Source: Bacteroidota bacterium (lineage in GTDB: Bacteria; Bacteroidota; Bacteroidia; AKYH767-A; OLB10). From it: a stretch of DNA of 64,000 nucleotides. A program made the translations under genes and the position numbers. Positions 54,893-64,000 of this stretch are shown one piece after another. Under the pieces are notes generated by a model, which was not told the origin of the DNA, did no database searches, and saw only the letters and a list, made by a program, of their open reading frames with translations. Numbering within the stretch: the stretch's first letter is position 1; each line of letters starts with the position of its first letter. The stretch is taken from contig JADKDR010000007.1 of assembly GCA_016714535.1 (NCBI GenBank), positions 1,022 through 65,021 on the forward strand, given 5' to 3'.

Positions 54893-55198
54893 ATATGCAT
54901 CTTAAAAATGGTAAAGACCATTTTTTAAAACTCCCTCTTAATTATTGCTCTTCAAAAACATGTGCCGTTTGTATTCGATATATACCTAATTATATGAAAA
55001 TATTCGTGGTGCCTAATTTTCAAACATTTTACTTCTGCTGGGCTAAAATCTTTGCATAAATAAAGTTGAATGATAGAGACTATGTAAGAGTTATCCAATT
55101 TTTTTCTTATGTTAAAAAAATAATTCAACCAAGTATTCGAAATCATTGTTATGGAGCTATATAATTTGCAACTTTGTTTTCTAATCTAACATTAAAGA

Positions 55199-56092
55199 AT
55201 GGGCAAATTACGTAATGAGTGGAATACAACTTTTCATGGTGGTAATATGACCATGAAACTTCTACTCATTAATTGCATTATATTTTTAGCCTACAATATT
55301 ATTCTGGCTATATTCATACTAAGTGGTGTTGGCGATGTTTTAATCTCCTATGCCCATAGGTACCTTTGCTTACCGTCTAATTTAAGACTATTAGTATTGC
55401 AACTGTGGAGCATGTTTACTTACATGTTTTTTCAAACCGATGTGTTGCACATATTATTTAATATGCTTGCATTGTACACCTTTGGTAATTTATTTGAAGA
55501 GTACCTTGGCAGGGCCAAACTTTTGGCCTTATATTTATGTGCAGGACTTGCAGGTGGTATTCTTTACCTTCTTGCGTATAATACCCTGCCTTATTTTAGT
55601 AATGCTGATGCTTTGGTTAAAGGTGCAAGTGGTTCTATAGTGGGTATCATGGTTTCTACTGCTGTGCTTTTGCCTGGTCATGAATTACACTTACGGCTTA
55701 TAGGTCCTGTTAAACTAAAATGGATTGCAATAATCTTCTTCTTCCTGTTTGTTATAAACTCATGGGGCAGCAATGCAGGAGGCGAAATGGTGCACATTGG
55801 AGGTGCAGTGTTTGGCTTTATTTATATGGTACAACTTCAAAAAGGTAACGACTTAACGTTATGGCTTCAAAAAATAATTGCAAAATTAAGTGGCAAAAAA
55901 GGTTCTCCGCATATGCGAGTTGTTCGCAACAAGCGAACAGAATCAGACGAACAATTTAATATACGCAAGAAAACCAAACAAGAAGAGGTAGACGAGATTC
56001 TTGATAAAATAAATAAGAGTGGCTTTAACAGCTTGAGTGAATCGGAGCGCCAAATACTATTCAAAGAAAGCAACCGCAAAGGTGGCGGATAG
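55199..56092 (+). CDS. Rhomboid family intramembrane serine protease with charged C-terminal tail
   Basis: HILFNMLALYTFGNLFE, GASGSIVG and VHIGGAVFG. Confidence 0.75.
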   Translation: MGKLRNEWNTTFHGGNMTMKLLLINCIIFLAYNIILAIFILSGVGDVLISYAHRYLCLPSNLRLLVLQLWSMFTYMFFQTDVLHILFNMLALYTFGNLFEEYLGRAKLLALYLCAGLAGGILYLLAYNTLPYFSNADALVKGASGSIVGIMVSTAVLLPGHELHLRLIGPVKLKWIAIIFFFLFVINSWGSNAGGEMVHIGGAVFGFIYMVQLQKGNDLTLWLQKIIAKLSGKKGSPHMRVVRNKRTESDEQFNIRKKTKQEEVDEILDKINKSGFNSLSESERQILFKESNRKGGG

Positions 56093-56573
56093 ATTTTCCA
56101 CTTTCAAAATTGGTCTAGTTAGTATATACTGCCTTAGTTCAATTACCATGTTTATTTACCTGCCGGCTCTCTTCTTTTAGTTGAATCTAAGCGTGTTGAA
56201 GTTAATTTTGTTGGTTGAGCAGTGCATAGATCTAATTCTATGATGCACTATATTTAAGGCAATACACCTTATAGCCCCTTCCATTCTATTGCAAGCAAAT
56301 GCATATGTTTAAAAATAACCCACTTGGCATTGAATCATAGATTCAATGTTTGGAGAGAATTTAATATAAACCGATTTAACTAACTACGGCCCTTCAAGGT
56401 CTTTTACTCATAATGCCAAAAAAAAATATTTTTAAACAATACGAAACAATAGTTAATTGAGAATTATTACAGGCCCCTATCTATTATTGCAGCTAAAACC
56501 TAATATGAAAATTGAATGATAGATGACTAAATAATAGTTAACTCGCTTGCAATAATGATAGTATTACTATTAC

Positions 56574-56585
56574 ATTTGTACAAAT
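56574..56585. promoter_or_regulatory. Perfect 12-bp palindrome ATTTGTACAAAT overlapping a TAnnTTTG box: candidate TetR operator/promoter
   Basis: atttgtacaaat is its own reverse complement. It overlaps TACATTTG (56571-56578), with TTG 21 nt upstream (56547-56549). It lies 9 nt before the TetR start codon. Confidence 0.3.
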
Positions 56586-56594
56586 TAAAGTTCA

Positions 56595-57269
56595 ATGCAG
56601 ACTAACCTATCAAAAATAAAATTCCATTTAAACACATCGCTGTTTAGAAAAGACCCGGAAACCTCCGACTTGGGGCGCAAACTAATAATGCATGGTATTG
56701 ACATGATAGCTGAGTTGGGCTTTGATGATTTTACGTTTCGAAAATTAGCGATAGCAATTAACTCAACCGAGGCTTCAATATACCGGTATTTTGAAAATAA
56801 ATACAAGTTCTTGATATATATTACATCCTGGTACTGGGAATTTATCGACTTCCAACTTGGGCTTGAGTTAAACAACATACCCTCACCTACAAAGCGACTC
56901 GAAAAATCGATTCAAATTCTAACAACGCCAATCGAAACAAAATGGGAATCGGGATATATCAATCTTAGCAATCTTCATAATATTATAGCTAATGAATCTC
57001 AAAAGTCTTTTCTTATAAAGGATGTAGACAAGGAAAACAACCTGGGAGCATACTTTGCTTACAAGCAAGTAGTAGCGCGAGTAAGCGATATTATTTTAGA
57101 GATAAACAAGCGATATGAATACCCAAACATGCTGGCCAGCACGATGATAGAAGGCGCACATCTTCAAATGTTTTTTGCAGAACACCTACCCCGGCTAACC
57201 AACACAAAAAAAGTAAATATGATTACAAAGTTTTATACAAATCTGATTTTTAAAGCCATTAAAAACTAA
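56595..57269 (+). CDS. TetR/AcrR family transcriptional regulator
   Basis: N-terminal HTH (GFDDFTFRKLAIAINSTEASIYRYFENK). The size and helical C-terminus are typical. Confidence 0.75.
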   Translation: MQTNLSKIKFHLNTSLFRKDPETSDLGRKLIMHGIDMIAELGFDDFTFRKLAIAINSTEASIYRYFENKYKFLIYITSWYWEFIDFQLGLELNNIPSPTKRLEKSIQILTTPIETKWESGYINLSNLHNIIANESQKSFLIKDVDKENNLGAYFAYKQVVARVSDIILEINKRYEYPNMLASTMIEGAHLQMFFAEHLPRLTNTKKVNMITKFYTNLIFKAIKN

Positions 57270-57277
57270 TCCTAACA

Positions 57278-58930
57278 ATGACTCCTATCAAACGATTCTG
57301 GCTACTGTTGCATGAGGACAGACGCGAAATTAACAGCATCTATATTTATGCGATTTTTAGTGGTATTATTAGCCTTACACTACCCTTAGGCATACAGTCT
57401 ATAATTAACCTAATACAAGGTGGTCGGATTTCATATTCCTATGTACTACTGGTGGCAGTGGTGCTTGTTGGTTTGGCTTTTAACGGAGTTTTGCATATTA
57501 TGCAAATGCGTATTATCGAAGATATTCAACAGAAAGTATTTGTAAGGTCGGCCTTTGACTTTACCTTTCGTATTCCAAAAATATCGCCAAAGGCCATGGA
57601 AAGCGTATATGCTCCTGAGTTAATGAACCGATTTTTTGATACACTAACGCTTCAAAAAGGATTACCGAAAATTTTGATAGAGTTACCTTCTGCAGCTATA
57701 CAGATTTTGTTTGGATTGGCATTATTATCATTCTATCATCCGGTATTTATTCTTTTTAGTGTTTTGCTAATTATAGTAATGTGGACCATTTTTAGATTTA
57801 CATTTAAAGAAGGTTTACGAACAAGTATTATTGAAAGCAAATACAAATACAGGGCTGCAGCATGGCTCGAAGAACTTGCACGCACACGCGACTTGTTCAG
57901 GCAAGCCTTGTTTTCAGCATTGCCTCTGCGCCATACCGATTCCAATACCGGCACCTACCTATGGGCTCGCGAAAAACATTTTTCTATTCTTAGAAAACAG
58001 TTTTATCTATTCGTTGTATTTAAAATATTTATAGCTGCTGGGTTACTTATCATTGGTGGATTGTTAGTATTAAATCAGAAAATAAACATAGGACAATTTG
58101 TTGCAGCCGAAATCATAATTCTTCTGGTATTAAATAGTGTTGAAAAGCTGGTTTTATATTTAGAAAGCATTTATGATGTGCTTACCTCGCTTGAAAAAAT
58201 TGGCGAGGTGATGGATATGCCTATCGAAATTAAGGAAAAGAGCGACCTCACTTTTAATAACCCACTTACAAACCTAATAATCGAGTTCAATAATGTTAGT
58301 TTTAAGTATAGCAATCAAACAAAAAATGTACTCAATAATATTAACATAAATCTCTCTACCAACAGTATTATAAACATTGATGGTAAAAGCGATAGCGGAA
58401 AGTCAACATTTCTACACTTGCTTGCTGGCATGTTAAACCCAACCGAAGGTAACATTACGATTAACTCTATTCCGTTATCAGTGTTTAAGTATAACCAAAA
58501 CTATAGCATGACTTTTAATAGTTATGCCCATGGAAAATTATTTGAAGGCACTATACTTGAAAATATAACACTTGGTGAAAAAATCGACTATGAAGAAATA
58601 GTAGAACTAAATAAAAAATTGTTTTTGCAAGATTATATAAACCAACTGCCAAATGGCATAGAAACGCAATTGATGAGCGAAGGAATTGGTCTTAGCAAAA
58701 GCAACATTCAAAAGATATTGCTTGCACGCAGTATTATTTGCAAGCCACGCATTCTTATGCTGGAACACTGCCCTGAACATATTTCAATTGCAGAACGTGC
58801 AGAAATATACGAATACATTACCTCAAAAGAACATAGCTGGATTGTAATTACTGCTAATGCTGATGAATTACTGGCAAGGATGTGCACTAAAACTATAAAG
58901 TTACAAGATGGTCAGGTTAGTATAGCTTGA
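57278..58930 (+). CDS. ABC exporter half-transporter (TMD-NBD fusion) with degenerate catalytic motifs
   Basis: Six-helix TMD. Walker A GKSDSGKST is present. The signature is LSKSN instead of LSGGQ. Walker B is RILMLEH instead of hhhhDE. The H-loop position reads ITANAD. Confidence 0.75.
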   Translation: MTPIKRFWLLLHEDRREINSIYIYAIFSGIISLTLPLGIQSIINLIQGGRISYSYVLLVAVVLVGLAFNGVLHIMQMRIIEDIQQKVFVRSAFDFTFRIPKISPKAMESVYAPELMNRFFDTLTLQKGLPKILIELPSAAIQILFGLALLSFYHPVFILFSVLLIIVMWTIFRFTFKEGLRTSIIESKYKYRAAAWLEELARTRDLFRQALFSALPLRHTDSNTGTYLWAREKHFSILRKQFYLFVVFKIFIAAGLLIIGGLLVLNQKINIGQFVAAEIIILLVLNSVEKLVLYLESIYDVLTSLEKIGEVMDMPIEIKEKSDLTFNNPLTNLIIEFNNVSFKYSNQTKNVLNNININLSTNSIINIDGKSDSGKSTFLHLLAGMLNPTEGNITINSIPLSVFKYNQNYSMTFNSYAHGKLFEGTILENITLGEKIDYEEIVELNKKLFLQDYINQLPNGIETQLMSEGIGLSKSNIQKILLARSIICKPRILMLEHCPEHISIAERAEIYEYITSKEHSWIVITANADELLARMCTKTIKLQDGQVSIA

Positions 58931-58948
58931 TATAAAAAATAATACAAC

Positions 58949-60307
58949 ATGTTGAACATAGGTAAACAATCAATAGTAAACGAGATAAAGGTTAATGAAC
59001 TAAAGACATTAACTTATGTTGGAAAACTGACGAGGCGAAAAACACTACCTCGTATATTAATCGCTTTAGCAATAGTGATAGTACTATTTCTTTTTCTGCC
59101 ATGGACTCAAAATATACGATCAAGTGGTGCAGTTACAGCACTGAAACCGGAACAACGCCCGCAAGCCATTAATGCAGTAATAGCAGGAAAAATAGATAAA
59201 TGGTATGTGCGCGAAGGCGACTTTGTGCAGAAAGGAGATACGATTGTATATATTACTGAAATTAAAGAACAATACTTTGATCCAAACCTGATTCAAAATT
59301 TGAGTAAACAAATTCAGAATAAACAATCGGGCATAGGTTCCTATACCAGCAAGATTGGTGCACTAAGCTCACAGATTATGGCATTGCAAAATGCTCAGGT
59401 AATTAAATTGGAACAAGCACGTAACAAAGTACTACAGGCAGATTTCAAAATTAAAATTGACAGTGCCGACTTTACCAATGCAACAATTGCGCATCAAATT
59501 GCTGAGCAGCAATTTCAGCGAATGAAAGAAATGTATGACAAAGGATTGAAATCGCTGACAGATTTAGAAACCCGCAGTTTAAAATTGCAGGAAACGCTGG
59601 CAAAAAAAGTGAGTGCTCAAAACAAATTTGAAAACACAAAAAATGAATATACAAATGCACAAATAGAGCTTAGTTCAATTAATGCAGATTACAATGAAAA
59701 AATATCAAAGGTACAATCGGACCAGGCAACAGCCTTTGGGGCTATGTATGATGCCGAAGCCGATGTTACCAAGATGTATAATCAATTGGCTAATTACAAT
59801 ATTCGCAATAAATTTTATTATATCACTGCGGCACAAAATGGATTTATTACCAAAGCTGTTAAATTTGGAATTGGCGAAGTGGTTAAAGAAGGAGAAGAAC
59901 TTATTACCATCATGCCTTCTGATTTTGAACTGGCTGTAGAAACGTATGTCAATCCGATTGACTTACCACTTGTTTCAATAGGCACTGCTGTTCGTGTTCA
60001 ATTTGATGGATGGCCGGCAATTGTATTTTCGGGATGGCCCACTATTTCATATGGTGCATATGGTGGTGTTGTGGTATCAATGGATAAGTTTGTGAGCCCC
60101 AACGGTAAATACCGAATACTAGTTGCCGCGGACCCCAAAGAACATGCTTGGCCTAATGCTTTGCAATTAGGTGCTGCAACACAAAGCTTAATGATGTTAA
60201 AAAATGTTCCGGTGTGGTACGAGATATGGCGGCAGTTAAATGCCTTCCCACCTGATTACTATGTTAGCCAGGCAAAAAATACAAAAACAGAAAATTCAAA
60301 AAAGTGA
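58949..60307 (+). CDS. HlyD-family membrane fusion (periplasmic adaptor) protein
   Basis: N-terminal TM anchor, a long coiled-coil central region and beta-barrel C-terminus. The lipoyl-like motifs are GKIDKWYVREGDFVQKGDTIVYI ... GFITKAVKFGIGEVVKEGEELITI. Confidence 0.8.
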   Translation: MLNIGKQSIVNEIKVNELKTLTYVGKLTRRKTLPRILIALAIVIVLFLFLPWTQNIRSSGAVTALKPEQRPQAINAVIAGKIDKWYVREGDFVQKGDTIVYITEIKEQYFDPNLIQNLSKQIQNKQSGIGSYTSKIGALSSQIMALQNAQVIKLEQARNKVLQADFKIKIDSADFTNATIAHQIAEQQFQRMKEMYDKGLKSLTDLETRSLKLQETLAKKVSAQNKFENTKNEYTNAQIELSSINADYNEKISKVQSDQATAFGAMYDAEADVTKMYNQLANYNIRNKFYYITAAQNGFITKAVKFGIGEVVKEGEELITIMPSDFELAVETYVNPIDLPLVSIGTAVRVQFDGWPAIVFSGWPTISYGAYGGVVVSMDKFVSPNGKYRILVAADPKEHAWPNALQLGAATQSLMMLKNVPVWYEIWRQLNAFPPDYYVSQAKNTKTENSKK

Positions 60308-61716
60308 TTACGATAATGAAAGCCTTGTACATTTCTTTTTGCCTATTACTTGGTGCGCTTTATAATTGCAAAGCCGATACGACCATGGTACTGAAATATT
60401 CAGACTTCATGCAAATGGTCATTACAAATCATCCGGTTAGCAAAGCAGCAAGGTTAATGGTAGATAGAGGTGCCATGGCCGAACAACAAGCGCGTGGAAA
60501 TTTTGACCCTAAACTCTTTGGTGTTTACGATCAGAAATTTTTCGAGTCGAAAAATTATTTTGCCCTGTTGAATAGTGGCTTAAAAATTCCAACATGGTAT
60601 GGTATCGAATTTAAAGGTGGCTATGAAACTAACAATGGCGTTTTTTTAAATGATGAAAACACCACACCCTCATCAGGCCTTTGGTATGCCGGAATATCGA
60701 TTCCCGTTGGGCAAGGATTGTTTATAGATGAGCGCAGAGCGGCATTGCGCAAAGCTAAACTGATAAATCAGGCATCGCTATCACAACAAATTCTGGCGCA
60801 AAACGAATTATGTTACGATGCGGGAAAAGCTTACTGGGATTGGTTTTTGGCCTTCAATCAACAACGAATTGCTATAGAGGCTTACAATGCTACCAACCAA
60901 CGCTTGCAGGCTGTAGTTGAAAGCGAACGCGCGGGCGACCGCAGCAAGGTAGATACACTTGAGGCTTCTATACAAATGCAGGAGCGTTATGTAAGCATGT
61001 TACAAAGTCGCATTGAACTAAACAATAAAACACTTTGGCTTAGCACGTTTATTTGGAACGACAACGATGAACCCTTGCAAATTAATGATAACCTGGTAGC
61101 ACCCGACTATGCAGCTGCCGAACAGGAATTTGACAAAATGCTGCCGCCCAATTTGAATGATACCGGAGCTATAAATAATCATCCCCTGATATATTATTAC
61201 CAGGTAGAACTGCGTAAATTAAGGATTGATCAGGAGCTAAAATCAGAAAAACTTAAACCGGTGGTTGATCTCAATTACAATCTATTACAAAACAATGCGA
61301 ATATTAATAACCTGAATACTGAAAACTACAAATGGGGTGTATCTGTAGGTTTCCCGATATTTATTAGAAAGGAACGTGCAGAATTAAAACTTGCGAAAAT
61401 CAAGGTGAAGGAAGTAGAGCTTGACTTAGAAAACAAACGTGTGCAACTTAATAACAAACTGCAGATGGGTGTTCGCGAATTAGAAATTGTAACCGATCAG
61501 GTAAACTTTTACGGCAAAACACTCACCGATCAGATGTCGCTGCTTAATGCTGAACGCTCGCTATTTGATGCAGGCGAGAGTAACTTGTTTATGATTAATG
61601 CTCGCGAATCTGCTTATATTAATGCATCAAATAAATATGTTGACCTGATTTCGAAAAAATATAAAGCAGCATTATTTACTGCATACTCATTGGGTATGAT
61701 ATCTCAAATGAAATAG
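60304..61716 (+). CDS. TolC-family outer-membrane efflux protein
   Basis: Signal peptide. Two-fold repeated coiled-coil/beta structure typical of OEP family proteins. Overlaps the HlyD stop by 4 nt (alternative ATG at 60316). Confidence 0.8.
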   Translation: MITIMKALYISFCLLLGALYNCKADTTMVLKYSDFMQMVITNHPVSKAARLMVDRGAMAEQQARGNFDPKLFGVYDQKFFESKNYFALLNSGLKIPTWYGIEFKGGYETNNGVFLNDENTTPSSGLWYAGISIPVGQGLFIDERRAALRKAKLINQASLSQQILAQNELCYDAGKAYWDWFLAFNQQRIAIEAYNATNQRLQAVVESERAGDRSKVDTLEASIQMQERYVSMLQSRIELNNKTLWLSTFIWNDNDEPLQINDNLVAPDYAAAEQEFDKMLPPNLNDTGAINNHPLIYYYQVELRKLRIDQELKSEKLKPVVDLNYNLLQNNANINNLNTENYKWGVSVGFPIFIRKERAELKLAKIKVKEVELDLENKRVQLNNKLQMGVRELEIVTDQVNFYGKTLTDQMSLLNAERSLFDAGESNLFMINARESAYINASNKYVDLISKKYKAALFTAYSLGMISQMK

Positions 61717-61805
61717 CTAAACTAAAACGTATGTTTGCTTGTATAATTAAAAACAAAAAAATGCATCAGATCAAGAAAAAAAAACAACCTCTAACAATAT
61801 AAAAA

Positions 61806-63038
61806 ATGAGAATAGCTTATATCCTAATTTTATTAATGGCATGCAGTGCCACTCTTACAGCGCAATCTGCTAACCGCATAGAAGCAATCCGATTGGTTCA
61901 AGAAGGAGACAACAGGATTAGGACAGGTGATTTATTTAATGCCATATTCAGTTACACCCATGCCATACAAACGGATGTAACTTTTGCCGATGCCTATATT
62001 AAGCGAGCCTTGCTTCACGAAAAAATGGGAAATTACAATCAGGCATCCAAAGATTTGACGATTGCTTTGGATATCAACCCTTACTCATTCTATATTTATG
62101 ACAAACGTGCAAAATTAAAAATACTGGCAATGGACTATAAAGGTGCTATTGATGATATAAATAAGGCGATTGCATTGGAGGGTTTGAATAAGTCGGAGCA
62201 AGAACAGTTGGTTGAAGATTATATACTTGCCCAAAATTTTACATTGGCTGTTTCGCTGGCTGATTCTTTGTCTAAAACCAATAAAAATGATTCGTACAGT
62301 TTACTCCTGCTTGCTTTATCTAATTATAATGCTGCGGAATATAATGCAGCCGAAGAACAAGCCAGGAAACTTGTAACTGACGATTCATTGGGTGCAATGG
62401 CCAACAATATTTTAGGATTGATAGCAATGAAGCGAAATAATTTTTCAGAAGCCATAAAATATCTGAACACCTCATTAGCCTTAAACCCGGGCTTTGAACA
62501 GGCATACTACAATCGTTCTATTGCTTACAGGATGAGCGACAAAAAAGATTTAGCACAAAATGACTTAAACAAAGCCATTGAGCTCAGTAAAGAAAACTCA
62601 AAGATATATTTTGCACGAGCGTTGGTACGTAAAGAATTAGGCGACCTGCAAGGAAGTTTAAGCGATTATGATATGGCCATAAAAAACGCACCCCAATACA
62701 GCGATGCATTGTATAACCGCGCTTATTTAAAAAAGTTTATGGGCGATTATAGTGGGGCCATCGATGACATCAATACGGTTATTTCTCAAAACCCTGCAGC
62801 TGCCGAAAATTATAATATGCGTGGAAACATTCAACTTTTATTTTCCAATTATAAAGAAGCTATTGACGACTATAGCAAGGCAATTAGTTATAAAAGTGAT
62901 TATGCCGAAGCCCATTACAATCGTGCTATTGCATATGTAATGCTTTACCGGATTAATGAGGCCTGTCAGGATTTTGATTATGCAATCATACTTAACTATT
63001 CGCCTGCCGAATTGCTCAAACAAAAATTCTGTAATTAA
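61806..63038 (+). CDS. Tetratricopeptide-repeat protein, exported
   Basis: Signal peptide MRIAYILILLMACSATLTAQ. About 9 TPR units (AYIKRALLHEKMGNYNQASKDLTIALDINP and similar). Confidence 0.75.
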   Translation: MRIAYILILLMACSATLTAQSANRIEAIRLVQEGDNRIRTGDLFNAIFSYTHAIQTDVTFADAYIKRALLHEKMGNYNQASKDLTIALDINPYSFYIYDKRAKLKILAMDYKGAIDDINKAIALEGLNKSEQEQLVEDYILAQNFTLAVSLADSLSKTNKNDSYSLLLLALSNYNAAEYNAAEEQARKLVTDDSLGAMANNILGLIAMKRNNFSEAIKYLNTSLALNPGFEQAYYNRSIAYRMSDKKDLAQNDLNKAIELSKENSKIYFARALVRKELGDLQGSLSDYDMAIKNAPQYSDALYNRAYLKKFMGDYSGAIDDINTVISQNPAAAENYNMRGNIQLLFSNYKEAIDDYSKAISYKSDYAEAHYNRAIAYVMLYRINEACQDFDYAIILNYSPAELLKQKFCN

Positions 63039-63282
63039 TTTATCATGATATATAACCGATTTATTGGGCGGTTGCCTTTCGGTTTAATTTAATGAACCTG
63101 TATGCTGCGCAAATAGGTTTATAAAAAAGGATCTATTTTCAAATTTTAAGCAACCAAAATAATTTTCTTGTTGCTGTCAGGAAGAAAAATACTAATTCTT
63201 CTTCTAATAGAAACTTATAGAAGCTAAAACTATTTACAGGAAAACTGTTGTAGATACTTGAAGGTCAAATAACTTAGCTGAA

Positions 63283-64000
63283 CTAATTGGTAAGTTGACT
63301 TATTGCCTTTTGTAAAATTTCAAAAGTATTTTCAGCCATTAAGTTTTCTTTATCGAGAGTTGGGTTTACTTCTGCAATTTCAAAACAACAAACTTTTTCG
63401 TTTTGAATAAGTCTTACCAACAAGCTACCTGCTTCTTTTTCAGTTATGCCATTGCGCACCGGTGTTCCTGTGCCTTTGGAAATGCTGCTATCCATACAAT
63501 CAACATCAAATGATATATAAATATGGGTGCAGTGATTGAGGTGAGACAAGGTATCGCGGGCAATTTTTTCAACTCCGTTGCGCTTGAGCTCGGCAGTTGT
63601 AATTACTTTAACTTTGTTTTTCTTTATGATAGATGTCTCTTCCGGTTCCACATCTCGCAACGAAATAAATATCAAATCATTATAATCAAACTTTGGCCCT
63701 GCACCACCTATACTCTTAAGTTTATTCCACATATCGACCGTTTCTTTGTCCGGCTTATTTATCTTATTAGGAATATTGTCTTCATTCAATACCACAGCCA
63801 ACGGCATTCCGTGCATATTGCCCGATGGTGTGGTGTAAGGCGAATGAAGGTCAGCATGGGCATCTATCCATATTACCCCAAGTCTGCATTTTGGAAAGGC
63901 AGTCTTGATGCCACAGATAGTTCCACCTGATGTGCTATGATCGCCCGCCAGCACTACCGGAAATATTTTGGCCTTTAGTGTGCTTGCTACTTCTTTAGCC
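63283..64000 (-). CDS. Arginase/agmatinase/formimidoylglutamase family ureohydrolase (N-terminus beyond the window)
   Basis: Mn-binding motifs GDHSTSGG, IWIDAHADLH and SFDVDCMD. The frame stays open to base 64000. Confidence 0.75.
   Translation of the reverse strand, partial: AKEVASTLKAKIFPVVLAGDHSTSGGTICGIKTAFPKCRLGVIWIDAHADLHSPYTTPSGNMHGMPLAVVLNEDNIPNKINKPDKETVDMWNKLKSIGGAGPKFDYNDLIFISLRDVEPEETSIIKKNKVKVITTAELKRNGVEKIARDTLSHLNHCTHIYISFDVDCMDSSISKGTGTPVRNGITEKEAGSLLVRLIQNEKVCCFEIAEVNPTLDKENLMAENTFEILQKAISQLTN

Overview
AT-rich chromosomal segment from a Bacteroidota bacterium. The phylum call rests on the 16S/23S sequence, several proteins with type IX secretion (T9SS) C-terminal sorting domains, and TAnnTTTG-type promoter boxes. 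Four blocks are visible. (1) 1-10.5 kb: a membrane-anchored AraC-type regulator, three secreted beta-propeller T9SS cargo proteins, an alpha/beta hydrolase and S41 peptidase paralogs. (2) 10.5-31.3 kb: an accessory-looking region in which every gene is on the + strand. It is cut into seven gene modules by eight co-oriented copies of one repeat family. That repeat has terminal inverted repeats and an antisense relic of a transposase N-terminus. Modules include a TPR-adenylate cyclase, an ABC ATPase plus permease-M1 peptidase fusion, a beta-carbonic anhydrase plus SbtA-like permease, a WG-repeat protein, and Fic plus MscS-like plus an outer-membrane protein. Several genes here carry in-frame stop codons. 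This repeat-punctuated array is the most unusual thing I can see. (3) 31.6-41.3 kb: housekeeping genes (Nudix, acyl-CoA dehydrogenase, cyanophycinase, ComEC). (4) 42-47 kb: a complete rRNA operon (16S, tRNA-Ile, tRNA-Ala, 23S, 5S). It is followed by glyA, a frameshifted mutL flanked by three rhomboid genes, a TetR-ABC-HlyD-TolC export operon with a degenerate ATPase domain, a TPR protein and a partial arginase-family gene. At least three homopolymer frameshifts and four in-frame stops interrupt otherwise conserved genes. A near-universal 16S site also lacks one G, so real gene decay and assembly error cannot be separated from this window alone. No CRISPR array, integrase, reverse transcriptase or intact transposase was seen. 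Everything is by-eye reading and motif recall; repeat boundaries are approximate (about +/-20 nt).
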